A stretch of DNA of 64,000 nt, taken from NCBI GenBank assembly GCA_031422435.1, contig JANPLU010000128.1:32001-96000 (forward strand), given 5' to 3'. Every line of letters begins with the position of its first letter. The stretch's first letter is position 1. The notes beneath the pieces are model-generated. The model saw only the letters and a list, made by a program, of their open reading frames with translations. It searched no databases and was not told the DNA's origin. Shown one piece after another: positions 1-11,197 of this stretch. A program made the position numbers and the translations under genes. The stretch is from Acaryochloridaceae cyanobacterium VAR_48_metabat_390 (GTDB taxonomy: Bacteria; Cyanobacteriota; Cyanobacteriia; Thermosynechococcales; Thermosynechococcaceae).

Positions 1-569
1 GGTACAGCAACATCCGGGTCAAGCTTCAGCAGCTCCAGGGGAATACCGTCCCGAAAGGTGATATCCCAGCCATTCATTTCGGCGAGATCTGCAAACTTGA
101 GCGAGACAAAAGACCAGCCATCGCCTTTCAAGGCATCGGGTAAAGGCAACGCCGGAGCGGGTTCAAATTTAGGAGGTGCAGCCATATTGGGCTGATACCC
201 TGGATGCTCTGGGTAGATGGACTGCGATCGCTCACTCAACCACTGCACCAGTGCGTAAGCGCGACGGCTTTGCTGCGCCGGAATGCCGATACCGTCACAG
301 GCGCGGGTCAAAATGGCGGTCATGGGTCGCCGAAAGAACCGGATTTTTTCAGGCTTCGCGGCATCACTGAGCTTGAACTGCGACTGCCAAAGGGCGATCG
401 CCTCTCCTAAAGCCGTCTGAAGCCAGCGCGCATTGGCCTCTGAGCCAGCGCAGTACCGCGCAAATTCAAAGGTGCGATCGGTATTGCAGATTAAGACTTC
501 CCACAGCTTCTTTCCCTGCTCATCCAAGATGGGGCGGGAATAGAAATCAATTTCCCAAACTTCTGTCAT
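1..569 (-). CDS. Tab2/Atab2 family RNA-binding protein (DUF1092), 3' end outside window
   Basis: Manual minus-strand translation from ATG at 569 gives MTEVWEIDFYSRPILDEQGKKLWEVLIC, the typical Tab2 N-terminus. Not in the ORF track because it runs off the window. Confidence 0.85.
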   Translation of the reverse strand, partial: MTEVWEIDFYSRPILDEQGKKLWEVLICNTDRTFEFARYCAGSEANARWLQTALGEAIALWQSQFKLSDAAKPEKIRFFRRPMTAILTRACDGIGIPAQQSRRAYALVQWLSERSQSIYPEHPGYQPNMAAPPKFEPAPALPLPDALKGDGWSFVSLKFADLAEMNGWDITFRDGIPLELLKLDPDVAV

Positions 570-686
570 GTAGCCCTAATAACCCAAAAAACCTTGATCT
601 TAAAGATGAGATGAGCATTGCTGCTTACGATCACTTCTTCAGCATACTGGTCTGGGTTACGCCTAGGGCGCTAGGGTTCAAAAATA

Positions 687-1652
687 TCAAATTTGATGGT
701 CAGATTCAGCGAAGTGAATGCCGTGGGCAATAAACTTTGTCACCCACACTTCAAGGTCAGGGTCTGGCAGCTCAGCTTGAATAGATGCGGCGATTTGCTG
801 TGCCTCTTCTCGTGTGGCGGCAAGGGCAAATACCGTCGGGCCAGACCCAGACATCATTGCGCCGAGGGTTGATTGTGCTGCCAGTTTCTCTCTTAACAGC
901 CCAACTTGAGGGTGATAGCTTAACACCACTTTTTCTAAGTCATTGTGAAGCGCTTGACCAATGGAGGTGGTGTCGTGATGGGCGGACTCTTGGTGCGCAG
1001 CTATCGCCCCCAGTAACCTCACCGATGGTCCCGTTCGTCGCCGCTCTTCTTGGGCAGCAGGCGTATTGGCGTAGGTAGCGCCAAACTGCTGCCGATAAGT
1101 TTGGTACGCCCAAGGTGTAGAAACCGAGAGGCTTTGATACTTTGCTAACACCGCATACAGCCGATCAAGATCGGGTAGGGGCGACAGTTCTTCGCCGCGT
1201 CCGAGCGCCAAAGCCGTGCCGCCAGAAACGCAAAACGGCATATCCGAACCTAGCTTAGCGGCAAGGGTATGCAGCTCATCCTGCGCTAAGCCCAGATTCC
1301 ACATTAGGTTTAGCCCGACTAGCACCGCTGCCCCATCCGTGGAGCCACCCGCTAACCCTGCGCCGATCGGGATATTTTTTTGGATTGTAATCTCTACTCC
1401 TCCGTGACCTGGAAAGCAATCTTGCATAAGCTTTGCAGCGCGGTAGGCAAGGTTACTCTCGTCGAGCGGGACTTGAGGATGGGTGCAGTGAAGGAGAATG
1501 CGATCGCCCCCTAGATGCTTCAGCTTAATTTCATCGGCTAAGTCTATGCTCTGCATTACCATGACCAGCTCATGGAACCCATCGGGGCGATCGCCGATGA
1601 TTTCGAGCAGCAGATTAATTTTGGCCGGAGCAATGAGTCGATAGGAGCGCAT
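687..1652 (-). CDS. ispE: 4-diphosphocytidyl-2-C-methyl-D-erythritol kinase
   Basis: APAKINL N-terminal motif; GHMP motif PIGAGLAGGSTD; MSGSGPT. Confidence 0.96.
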   Translation of the reverse strand: MRSYRLIAPAKINLLLEIIGDRPDGFHELVMVMQSIDLADEIKLKHLGGDRILLHCTHPQVPLDESNLAYRAAKLMQDCFPGHGGVEITIQKNIPIGAGLAGGSTDGAAVLVGLNLMWNLGLAQDELHTLAAKLGSDMPFCVSGGTALALGRGEELSPLPDLDRLYAVLAKYQSLSVSTPWAYQTYRQQFGATYANTPAAQEERRRTGPSVRLLGAIAAHQESAHHDTTSIGQALHNDLEKVVLSYHPQVGLLREKLAAQSTLGAMMSGSGPTVFALAATREEAQQIAASIQAELPDPDLEVWVTKFIAHGIHFAESDHQI

Positions 1653-1667
1653 AGAACTCTGAAATAT

Positions 1668-2492
1668 TTAGGATGAGGCGGCAGCGGCAGCGGGCGTTAA
1701 AAGACGACTCAACGCCACCCAGTTTGCCACGCTTAACTCTTCCGCACGGGCTTGGGGATTTACGCTGATTCCCTCAAGTATGACCGTTAAGCGGTCTGGC
1801 TCCACAATAGATTTGAAATTATTGCGTAACATTTTGCGACGGCTTTGAAAGCCCAACCGCACCAAGGTTGAAAACCACTGAGGCTGCTCTACAGGGTCAT
1901 AATACGGGCGAGGCCGCAGCCGAATCACCGCAGAATCGACCTTGGGGGGTGGGAAAAAAGCTTTAGCCACCACATCACAAATCCAATCGCAATCCGCGAG
2001 GTATTGGCAGTGAACTGAGAGCGCGCCATAAGCACGAGAGCCAGGTTTAGACGTAATTCGCTGCGCGACTTCTTTTTGCACCAGCAGCACTAAGCTGTCA
2101 AACGCTGGACTCGTTGGCTTTGCGACGGTTCCGATGACTCGATCTAAGATTGGCCCTGTGATGTTGTAGGGGATATTGGCAACCACTTTGTTGGGGTAAG
2201 ATTCCGGCGGAATAAATTTACCCAGATCCATCTCTAGAATGTCGCCTTGGAGCAGCAAAAACCGCTCATGCTTGCCAAACCTTGCCACCAGCTTCGGGCA
2301 CAGGTCGCGGTCAATCTCAACGGCGGTGACTAAGGCAGGGGTTTGTAGCAAAAATTCAGTCAGTGCGCCCATGCCAGGACCAATTTCTAAAACGCGATCG
2401 CCCTCTTGTAAATCCGCCGCTTTTACAATAGAGTGCAGCGCTTTTTCACTGCGGAGCCAGTGCTGACCAAACTGTTTACGAGGATGAGACAC
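1668..2492 (-). CDS. rsmA: 16S rRNA adenine dimethyltransferase
   Basis: KQFGQHWL, LEIGPGMG, VANIPYNIT, PPPKVDS motifs. Confidence 0.96.
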   Translation of the reverse strand: MSHPRKQFGQHWLRSEKALHSIVKAADLQEGDRVLEIGPGMGALTEFLLQTPALVTAVEIDRDLCPKLVARFGKHERFLLLQGDILEMDLGKFIPPESYPNKVVANIPYNITGPILDRVIGTVAKPTSPAFDSLVLLVQKEVAQRITSKPGSRAYGALSVHCQYLADCDWICDVVAKAFFPPPKVDSAVIRLRPRPYYDPVEQPQWFSTLVRLGFQSRRKMLRNNFKSIVEPDRLTVILEGISVNPQARAEELSVANWVALSRLLTPAAAAASS

Positions 2493-2554
2493 GCGATCGC
2501 CTAGGTGGATGGTTTTAGTGAGTCAATCTCGTATGATATCTTAGGTAAGCGCCT

Positions 2555-2637
2555 GGGGGCGTGGCGGAATGGTAGACGCTACGGACTTAAAATCCGTTGA
2601 CCGTAAGGTCGTATGGGTTCAAGTCCCTTCGCCCCCA
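2555..2637 (+). tRNA. trnL: tRNA-Leu(UAA), intron-less
   Basis: Acceptor stem GGGGGCG/CGCCCCC-A; D-arm GCGGAATGGTAGACGC; anticodon arm ACGGA-CTTAAAA-TCCGT; long variable arm; GGTTCAAGTCC T-arm. Confidence 0.95.
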
Positions 2638-2647
2638 TTTTTAAGCC

Positions 2648-2684
2648 AAAAACGGCTCTTTGTCTAAATCAAAGAGCCGTTTTT
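2648..2684. terminator. Bidirectional hairpin terminator between the tRNA and the convergent HAD gene
   Basis: AAAACGGCTCTTTG-N8-CAAAGAGCCGTTTTT. Confidence 0.7.
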
Positions 2685-3443
2685 TCCAAGTAGACAGCGC
2701 ACCATCTCACAAAAGCCTTCTACTTCTGGCTGAGTGGTGACGTATTTAGGCTGATGCTGAAGGCGATCGCCATATTTCAAAATATTTGCGACCCCTACTG
2801 AAACTGGAAAAATGATGGGGTCAAACAGGGCTTCATCATTGGGGCTATCGCCAATCGTTAAAACCTGGGCAGAATGAAGCGTCGGGAAGTGCTGCGCCAA
2901 AACCTGCTGGAGTCCCGATGCCTTATTTTGCAGCGGCGGCTTGATGTGACACTGAACGGTACTGTAGGTGAAGCTCCAGCCTAAGGTTTGGCACTGAAGG
3001 GCGATCGCCTCCAATTCCCCTTCACTCACCCCCTCCACATCAAACGTCCAGTCCGTCAGCCGAAACGCATTATCAGTAGATTCTTTTATGTGGGGATACT
3101 GGTGCTGAATCTGAAGAAACGCCTCTGATAGCCGCTGACGATGTACAGCAAGGGCTGGCACATTGCCCAAAAGCTGGTAAACACCCGTTTTAGAGAAATA
3201 CACCCCGCCATTTTCGGCGATCGCCCCCGCCACAGGCAAATAGCTCCGTAGGGCATCCACCCAACCCGCAGAACGCCCCGTGACCAGCAGCAAAGGGAGA
3301 TTGGCTTGATTAAGCTGGGCGATCGCCTCTAGCAGTCTCGGCGTAAATCGGTCAGCACAGGTTAGCGTCCCGTCTACATCACTCGCAATCAGCCGAATCT
3401 GAGGGGCATCAATGACTAGTCCATCTAGAGAGAGTAGCGGCAT
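2664..3443 (-). CDS. HAD-IIB family hydrolase
   Basis: SDVDGTLT motif I, VTGR motif II, GDSPND motif IV. Confidence 0.88.
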   Translation of the reverse strand: MPLLSLDGLVIDAPQIRLIASDVDGTLTCADRFTPRLLEAIAQLNQANLPLLLVTGRSAGWVDALRSYLPVAGAIAENGGVYFSKTGVYQLLGNVPALAVHRQRLSEAFLQIQHQYPHIKESTDNAFRLTDWTFDVEGVSEGELEAIALQCQTLGWSFTYSTVQCHIKPPLQNKASGLQQVLAQHFPTLHSAQVLTIGDSPNDEALFDPIIFPVSVGVANILKYGDRLQHQPKYVTTQPEVEGFCEMVRCLLGKNGSLI

Positions 3444-3456
3444 TGGGTAAGGGTGC

Positions 3457-4479
3457 TTAATTGGGACGAAAGTAAACGGTCATTTCACGATCTTCTGTGC
3501 CCACAAAAATAGGTGCCGTGGTTCGCAGCAGGCCATTGTTACCCACAAAGACCTTACCTTGCCCTGAAACCCCGTCCACAGACGTAATTGAAAGAACCTG
3601 ACCACTTTTGGTGGCCTCAAGCTGTCCCTGAAGCACAACCGTTTTAACCTTGGGTTCAGTTACCGTCAGCGTTAGACGCGTGATGCCTTTTGTCGTGCTG
3701 ACCGTGATGCGCGTCAGACCATACCGTTCTTCCTTCGCTTTGGCAGTGGATGGGTACATCACCAAGGCTCCTTGTCCTGGATAGGACGGCACCGCTGAGG
3801 CGGCAACAGACGCTGAACTAGGCTTTTTCGGAACCTGTGAGGTTGGGGGTTCAGCCGCCGCCGTATCTGCCTCTGGGATGGGTGCTTCCTCTAGGGTCAA
3901 CTTTCCAGTTGCCTTAACCTCACCCTTCAGCAGAGGGCCATTGCCAAACAGTGAGCAGGCTGCTTTGTCTTGCGTTTTGAGTCCTACAGTCTGGCAGGCA
4001 ATATCAAGGGTATATTTGGGCGACTGTCGGTCTTTGCTGTACTGATATCTCGCTAACAAAGACTTATAGCCGCTGCGACCGAGGTACAGCTTAGAGGTTG
4101 GGACAATACTCCAGGTGTAGGTGTCCATCCGCTGGCGATCGCCATTGCCCCCCGTCAGCACTACCGCCCCCAGACTCTCGGCGGTGAGCGTTGTATTCTC
4201 TACAGGCAACGCAACCACAGTTTTGGTGAGCTGAACCTGAAGCTGCTTCATTTCATCCACTGGGGTTGTCGCCTCAAAGGTCAAGACAGAACCCTGATTC
4301 TGTGCGCCTGCTGCCTGTGCCAGAAGAAAAGATTTAGCAAAATTTCTAGGGTGCGGTTTGGGTTGAAGTGCCTGTGCGCCTACGCCTGTCATCCCCCACC
4401 CTGCTAGCACTAATAAGGTAATGCTGCGCTTCATCCTGAGATTCTTTACCATAATTGCCTCGTTTGAAAGCTCATTCAC
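3457..4479 (-). CDS. Hypothetical exported protein
   Basis: 340-aa ORF with signal-peptide-like segment (KRSITLLVLAGWGMTGVGAQA) and Ala/Pro/Ser linker; no family recognised. Confidence 0.6.
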   Translation of the reverse strand: MNELSNEAIMVKNLRMKRSITLLVLAGWGMTGVGAQALQPKPHPRNFAKSFLLAQAAGAQNQGSVLTFEATTPVDEMKQLQVQLTKTVVALPVENTTLTAESLGAVVLTGGNGDRQRMDTYTWSIVPTSKLYLGRSGYKSLLARYQYSKDRQSPKYTLDIACQTVGLKTQDKAACSLFGNGPLLKGEVKATGKLTLEEAPIPEADTAAAEPPTSQVPKKPSSASVAASAVPSYPGQGALVMYPSTAKAKEERYGLTRITVSTTKGITRLTLTVTEPKVKTVVLQGQLEATKSGQVLSITSVDGVSGQGKVFVGNNGLLRTTAPIFVGTEDREMTVYFRPN

Positions 4480-4483
4480 ACAT

Positions 4484-4636
4484 TAGACCTCTTGCATCCA
4501 CCCCAACCCCTCATCCCTTTCTTATAGCCAAAGGCTTTACCCTTCTCCCACCAGGGGAGAAGGGCTACTTCCGTCTCCCATCGCCCGTTCTGGGAGAGGG
4601 GCTGGGGGTGAGGGTCATATTCGTGCAAGAGTTCTA
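4484..4636. repeat. MITE-like dispersed repeat with 13-bp terminal inverted repeats
   Basis: TAGACCTCTTGCA (4484-4496) and TGCAAGAGTTCTA (4624-4636), 12/13 inverted match, enclosing CCCTTCTCCC..GGGAGAAGGG and GGGAGAGGGG..GGGGTGAGGG hairpins also seen at 24056 and 48246. Confidence 0.75.
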
Positions 4637-4739
4637 TCAAAGTCAGACATTAAAATCACACGTTATTACAATACGCCATCCCCAAAACCGCGCATCGCTG
4701 ACTAGGGGTGACGCAAAACTGTAAAACTTGTGCCAGGAA

Positions 4740-4755
4740 GTTCGGTTATCTCGAT
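4740..4755 (+). promoter_or_regulatory. Possible K-box upstream of groEL
   Basis: GTTCGG-TTAT-CTCGAT, partial match to the cyanobacterial K-box GTTCGG-NNAN-CCNNAC, upstream of CIRCE. Confidence 0.4.
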
Positions 4756-4808
4756 ATCCACACCCACTGCAAGCAGATTTGAACGGGCTACAATAAATCT
4801 GCTCAGGT

Positions 4809-4835
4809 TTAGCACTCTGATCAAGAGAGTGCTAA
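4809..4835 (+). promoter_or_regulatory. CIRCE element (HrcA operator)
   Basis: Perfect TTAGCACTC-N9-GAGTGCTAA upstream of groEL. Confidence 0.95.
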
Positions 4836-4922
4836 TGTCTTATCCCCAAGGATTTGTGCAGGCTGGCTAATTCGCACAAGCTGATTGTGTGTGCTGCCCC
4901 GTCTGCTGTAGCAATTGTTTAA

Positions 4923-6608
<1,686 letters not shown>

Positions 6609-6669
6609 GTCATGCGTCTGAGGCTCATTCAACCTTAGAAACCTTTGAGAAGCTTAGGTTAACGTAATC

Positions 6670-6703
6670 AAAAGGGCGATCGCAGCACTGCGATCGCCCT
6701 TTT
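6670..6703 (+). terminator. Intrinsic terminator after groEL, stem built from two HIP1 sites
   Basis: AAAAGGGCGATCGCA-GCAC-TGCGATCGCCCTTTT. Confidence 0.8.
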
Positions 6704-6849
6704 AACGTTTGTAAGTAAGGGGTTTGGTGTAAAGCAAAGGAAGCATGTTAGGCTTTTGGGGTTCGTGGCATTGCGCTTATTTCACCCATAAAAGATCAGC
6801 GCCGTCAGAACCTTTTACCCTTTTTGATCAGAACCTCCGTACTGCCTCC

Positions 6850-7659
6850 ATGAAGTCATATCTTGCTGCGGCTATTCAAATGACTAGCCTTCCCGACTTA
6901 CGCCATAACCTTGCTCAAGCAGAAGAACTGATTGATCTTGCAGTGCGTAGAGGCGTAGAGCTAGTAGGCTTGCCTGAAAACTTTGCGTTTCTGGGCAATG
7001 AATCCCTCAAACTTCAGCAGGCGGCTGAAATTGCCGTTGAGAGCGAGAAATTTCTTAAAACCGTGGCCCAGCGCTATCAGATCACCATTTTGGGCGGCGG
7101 ATATCCAGCTCCAGCCAAAGATGGCAAGGTCTACAATACCGCGCTCCTTATTGACAAAGACGGGAAAGAATTGGCGCGTTACGAGAAAGTACACCTCTTT
7201 GATGTAGAGCTACCCGACGGTAACATTTATCAAGAATCCACCATGATTGTGGCGGGGGAAAAACAGGCTCCGGTCTATGCCTCAGAGCATTATGGCAACT
7301 TGGGGCTTTCAGTCTGCTACGACGTGCGGTTTCCAGAGCTATACCGCGCTCTAACGCAAGCGGGAGCCAATGTGCTGTTTGTGCCAGCGGCCTTTACCGC
7401 CTTTACAGGGAAAGACCACTGGCAGGTATTGCTTCAGGCGCGCGCTATCGAAAACACCAGCTACGTTATTGCTCCTGCCCAGACCGGACAGCATAACGCT
7501 CGCAGACAGTCCCATGGTCACGCCATGATTGTGGATCCTTGGGGCGTGGTACTTGCCGATGCTGGGACAGAGCCTGGAATGGCGATCGCCACCATTGAGC
7601 CGCGCCGTCTAGCGCAAGTCCGTCGTCAAATGCCCAGTCTCAATCATCGCGTGTTTTAG
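6850..7659 (+). CDS. Carbon-nitrogen hydrolase (Nit1-like amidase)
   Basis: LPENF, YEKVHLFD, SVCYDVRFPE give the E-K-C triad; start chosen at MKSYLAAAIQM. Confidence 0.9.
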   Translation: MKSYLAAAIQMTSLPDLRHNLAQAEELIDLAVRRGVELVGLPENFAFLGNESLKLQQAAEIAVESEKFLKTVAQRYQITILGGGYPAPAKDGKVYNTALLIDKDGKELARYEKVHLFDVELPDGNIYQESTMIVAGEKQAPVYASEHYGNLGLSVCYDVRFPELYRALTQAGANVLFVPAAFTAFTGKDHWQVLLQARAIENTSYVIAPAQTGQHNARRQSHGHAMIVDPWGVVLADAGTEPGMAIATIEPRRLAQVRRQMPSLNHRVF

Positions 7660-7809
7660 TAAAGTTCAGACTGAGGTGGGGAACGATATTGGCGCGACAT
7701 AGCGTCTCTTACAGAGAACGCCCTAAGACAGAAAACTGTAAGCATGGCGATCTAGGTTGCGCAGCACTATGATGTTGGGGGCTGATAGTCGGCTTAAAAG
7801 CGTCGACTG

Positions 7810-9837
7810 ATGAAAACTAATTCGAGCGATTTGTTGGAAGACGGAGACTGGCGGATGGGGCAATGTCTTAGGCTTAATCAAAAACGGTCAGCATTTAGAG
7901 CGATCGCCCATCTGGGAGGAATTGTAGGCAGCTTGATTGGCCTTGGCCTGTTTGCCAGTGCCGCGACCGCCGCGCGACTACAGTCTTGGCGTTTCGATGC
8001 CGCTGCAAATCGGCTAGAGTTTTTGACGGACGAAGTGATTCAGCCTCGGGTACAGCTTTTACCAAATCCCGTCAGGCTTGTGGTCGATTTACCGGGTGTA
8101 AAGCTTGATCGCCCCACGCTCAACCAAACCTATAGTGCTGCGGTTCGCTCCGTTCGAATTGGTCAATTTGATGCCCAAACGGCTCGCATTGTGGTGGAGC
8201 TATCTCCAGGCTACACAGTTGATCCGCAGCAGGTGAAGGTGAACAGTAATGCTAATGCCTCATGGTCGATTGATTTACCCACACCTCAGTTAGCCCAAAA
8301 TACCCCAGACAGCGGTAGTCCTGGGGGAGCCTCTACACTAACGGCTGCCGTCAATGATGGCAATCTCCCTGATGCTCCTGTCCAGCAGCCTTCGCCGCTA
8401 ATGCCCTCCGGTTCAGCAGCCATAGCGCAGTCCACGAGCAACACCAGCACTTTAGAAGATGTGCTAGTCACCACAGACGGTTTATTTCTCAAAACTCGGC
8501 AGGCCGTGATGGGCGCACAGGTTACTCGCAGCCGAAACCGTCGAGAAATATTGGTGGATTTGAACGGATTGTTGGCGACTGCGCCGCTGACCCAAAATGA
8601 GTACCGGATGAACTACCACGGTATTCAGAGTGTCTCGATTCGCCAAATATCGACACAGCCACCCATAGCGCGGGTCACGCTGAAAGTGAACCGCGATAGC
8701 CCCAATTGGATGGCCAGCGCCAGCAGGTTTGGCGGTGTTGTACTTCTCTCTCAAGTAGGGGGGGAAACCGGAAACCGACCGACTAAGACCATCAGTCTAT
8801 TGCAGGGGCGAACTGTAGCATTGTCATCTGCTGCTGCTCCTATAAATCCGGTTAGACCATCTCCCCCATTCTCTGGGGATAGTCTGTCTCTAGCAACGCT
8901 GCAAAATGTTTCTTTGGGCGGTAGCCAGCTCTTAATTCAGGCAGATCGCCTCGTTTCTTACACGATGGGATGGGAAGGCTCGCGCTACCGCATTACGCTA
9001 CGGGGTGCTCAGTGGTCTACCAACATTCGCAGTCCGCAGACTGGATTTGGCAGCGCTATTACGGACATTTCGCTGCGTCAAGAGGGACAAAACGCAAGTA
9101 TTTTAGTTACCCCTGCCCCTGGCGTTCGCATTGGGACTATCAGTCGCACTAGATCTCAGGGGATTGTGTTGAGTTTAAATCGTTTTGGAAACAGCAACAG
9201 CTCTAACACCACAATTTTTCAGCCTAATGCGTTACCCAATCCCAATACCGCTAGTTTCCCACAGCCTACGCTGCCTCGTCCCAATGGACGTCGCATCGTA
9301 GTCATTGACCCTGGGCATGGCGGCACCGATCCTGGGGCAGTGGGCATTGGTGGGCTGCGAGAGACCGATATTGTTTTGCCCATCAGTATGGAAGTTGTGA
9401 GACTTTTGCAGCAGCAAGGTCTACAGGTGTATCTAACCCGAGCGGATGAATCACGGGAGGTGGATTTACCCCCTCGCGTTGCGCTGGCAAAACAGGTACG
9501 TGCCGATGTTTTTGTCAGCATTCATGCCAACGCCATTAGCCTCAGCCGCCCCGATATTAATGGAGCAGAAGCCTACTACGCCCCTGGCTCTGCATCGGGG
9601 GCTGAACTTTCTCGCGTTATTCTCAACAGCATTACGCGCACCGTGAATATTCCTAGTCGGGGTGTTCGTTCGGCGAGATTTTATGTTGTTCGTAATACTA
9701 CAATGCCTGCAACACTAATTGAAACAGGATTTGTGACGGGCGCACAGGATGCACCCAAGCTAAGAGATCCTAATTTTCAGCGACAGATGGCGGCGGCGAT
9801 CGCCCAAGGCATCATTGAATTTCTGAATCAGCGTTAG
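7810..9837 (+). CDS. amiC: N-acetylmuramoyl-L-alanine amidase with AMIN domains
   Basis: AMIN (RLVVDLPG..VRIGQF); Amidase_3 motifs IDPGHGG, FVSIHAN, LIETGF. Confidence 0.9.
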   Translation: MKTNSSDLLEDGDWRMGQCLRLNQKRSAFRAIAHLGGIVGSLIGLGLFASAATAARLQSWRFDAAANRLEFLTDEVIQPRVQLLPNPVRLVVDLPGVKLDRPTLNQTYSAAVRSVRIGQFDAQTARIVVELSPGYTVDPQQVKVNSNANASWSIDLPTPQLAQNTPDSGSPGGASTLTAAVNDGNLPDAPVQQPSPLMPSGSAAIAQSTSNTSTLEDVLVTTDGLFLKTRQAVMGAQVTRSRNRREILVDLNGLLATAPLTQNEYRMNYHGIQSVSIRQISTQPPIARVTLKVNRDSPNWMASASRFGGVVLLSQVGGETGNRPTKTISLLQGRTVALSSAAAPINPVRPSPPFSGDSLSLATLQNVSLGGSQLLIQADRLVSYTMGWEGSRYRITLRGAQWSTNIRSPQTGFGSAITDISLRQEGQNASILVTPAPGVRIGTISRTRSQGIVLSLNRFGNSNSSNTTIFQPNALPNPNTASFPQPTLPRPNGRRIVVIDPGHGGTDPGAVGIGGLRETDIVLPISMEVVRLLQQQGLQVYLTRADESREVDLPPRVALAKQVRADVFVSIHANAISLSRPDINGAEAYYAPGSASGAELSRVILNSITRTVNIPSRGVRSARFYVVRNTTMPATLIETGFVTGAQDAPKLRDPNFQRQMAAAIAQGIIEFLNQR

Positions 9838-10166
9838 GAAACTGGCCCTGTAGGCAGATCCTGATGTGACTCACCCGCGTTTGCAAAGGGGGCATGACCT
9901 GAAGGAGGCGATCGCCAGATCTATGACAAGCAGAATTTTCATAAAGCTGTCTCTTTAATTGATTCGGTGGGCAGAGTAAAATGCAGCCGACCATAAGATT
10001 TCTGGCAATCAAAATAGCTTGAATTACGGCAATGCCAATTCAAACGTTTCTGTAAACGCCAAGCCACGGTTTCCAGTCAGCGATACAATCGTAGAGGCAC
10101 AGCGCATTCAACAAATGTGGCTGTGATCGCGGCTCTCTACACATTTTACAGGTGACAATTTTAAAT

Positions 10167-10565
10167 ATGACGGCTGACGTACAGACCCAAGACTCCACAA
10201 TCAAATATGGTGAGCGGCTGATTGACGAGGGGAAACTCATTACGTTTCCAAACCCACGGGTAGGGCGTCGGTTTTCAATTCAGATCACCCTGCCAGAATT
10301 TACCTGTAAGTGCCCTTTTTCTGGCTACCCTGACTTTGCCACCATCTACGTGACCTATGTGCCTGACCAGCGCGTTGTGGAGCTAAAAGCCATCAAGCTC
10401 TACATCAACAGCTACCGCGATCGCTATATTTCCCACGAAGAGTCGATTAACCAGATCTTAGATGACCTCGTCGCTGCCTGTGACCCGCTAGAGATGACTG
10501 TCAAAGGTGACTTTACCCCTCGCGGCAACGTCCATACAGTCGTTGAAGTGACGCATCAGAAATAG
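10167..10565 (+). CDS. queF: NADPH-dependent preQ0 reductase
   Basis: PEFTCKCPFSGYPDFA and VELKAIKLY QueF motifs. Confidence 0.93.
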   Translation: MTADVQTQDSTIKYGERLIDEGKLITFPNPRVGRRFSIQITLPEFTCKCPFSGYPDFATIYVTYVPDQRVVELKAIKLYINSYRDRYISHEESINQILDDLVAACDPLEMTVKGDFTPRGNVHTVVEVTHQK

Positions 10566-10624
10566 AGTCGGTTGGCGCGGGTTTAGCAAGCGCCGTGCGT
10601 CAAACCTAATTACAGCCAAAAGCT

Positions 10625-11077
10625 CTAGCGTCTGAGGTCATTAGGTTCGATCTCGGTTGGAGAAGACTTTGTCGTAGCAGGCTTAGCCTTTAAGCTTTGC
10701 TGGAGTGACTCAAGCTGCTTTTCTGTCAGAGATAAACGAACCTTCAGCGTAGCGTTTTCTGAGATTAGCGCGCTATTTTGAGCCTGTGCTGTTTTAAGCT
10801 GCTGTTCTATCGCTAGACCCTTCTGCTGAAAGGTGGCTAACTGTTTTTGAGCCGCCGCGAAATCTTTTTGCAGTTTGCCTCTAGACGTAATCGTCGCGGT
10901 GTTTTGATCCTTTAAAAGCTGCATTTGCTGAGTGGTCTGGTCTAGCTCGGTTTTAGTCCGTGCTAAGTCACGATCTTTTTGCTGAAGGTTGCTAATTTGC
11001 CAAATTGCTAATCCCGTAAAAAGTCCTACTACCGCAAAGAATGACAGCAGTATCCAAAGCTGTTTGCGCTGTCCCAC
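10625..11077 (-). CDS. Hypothetical membrane-anchored coiled-coil protein
   Basis: N-terminal TM helix followed by Q/K/L-rich heptads. Confidence 0.65.
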   Translation of the reverse strand: MGQRKQLWILLSFFAVVGLFTGLAIWQISNLQQKDRDLARTKTELDQTTQQMQLLKDQNTATITSRGKLQKDFAAAQKQLATFQQKGLAIEQQLKTAQAQNSALISENATLKVRLSLTEKQLESLQQSLKAKPATTKSSPTEIEPNDLRR

Positions 11078-11197
11078 GATCAGTTTTCTCCTCTTATCAC
11101 CATGAGGTCAAGGCTCAAAAAACGCACCAGAACTGAATATTACCCTATTCTCATCCTTTCTTTGGGTTTGCGTGACCTACTAAGGCTTGAGAGGCCG

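Noticed and set aside
4455..4724. ORFs 4455-4724 and 48244-48444
   Set aside because: Translations of the dispersed hairpin repeat (PLLP.GEKG/GEGLGVR), not credible proteins.
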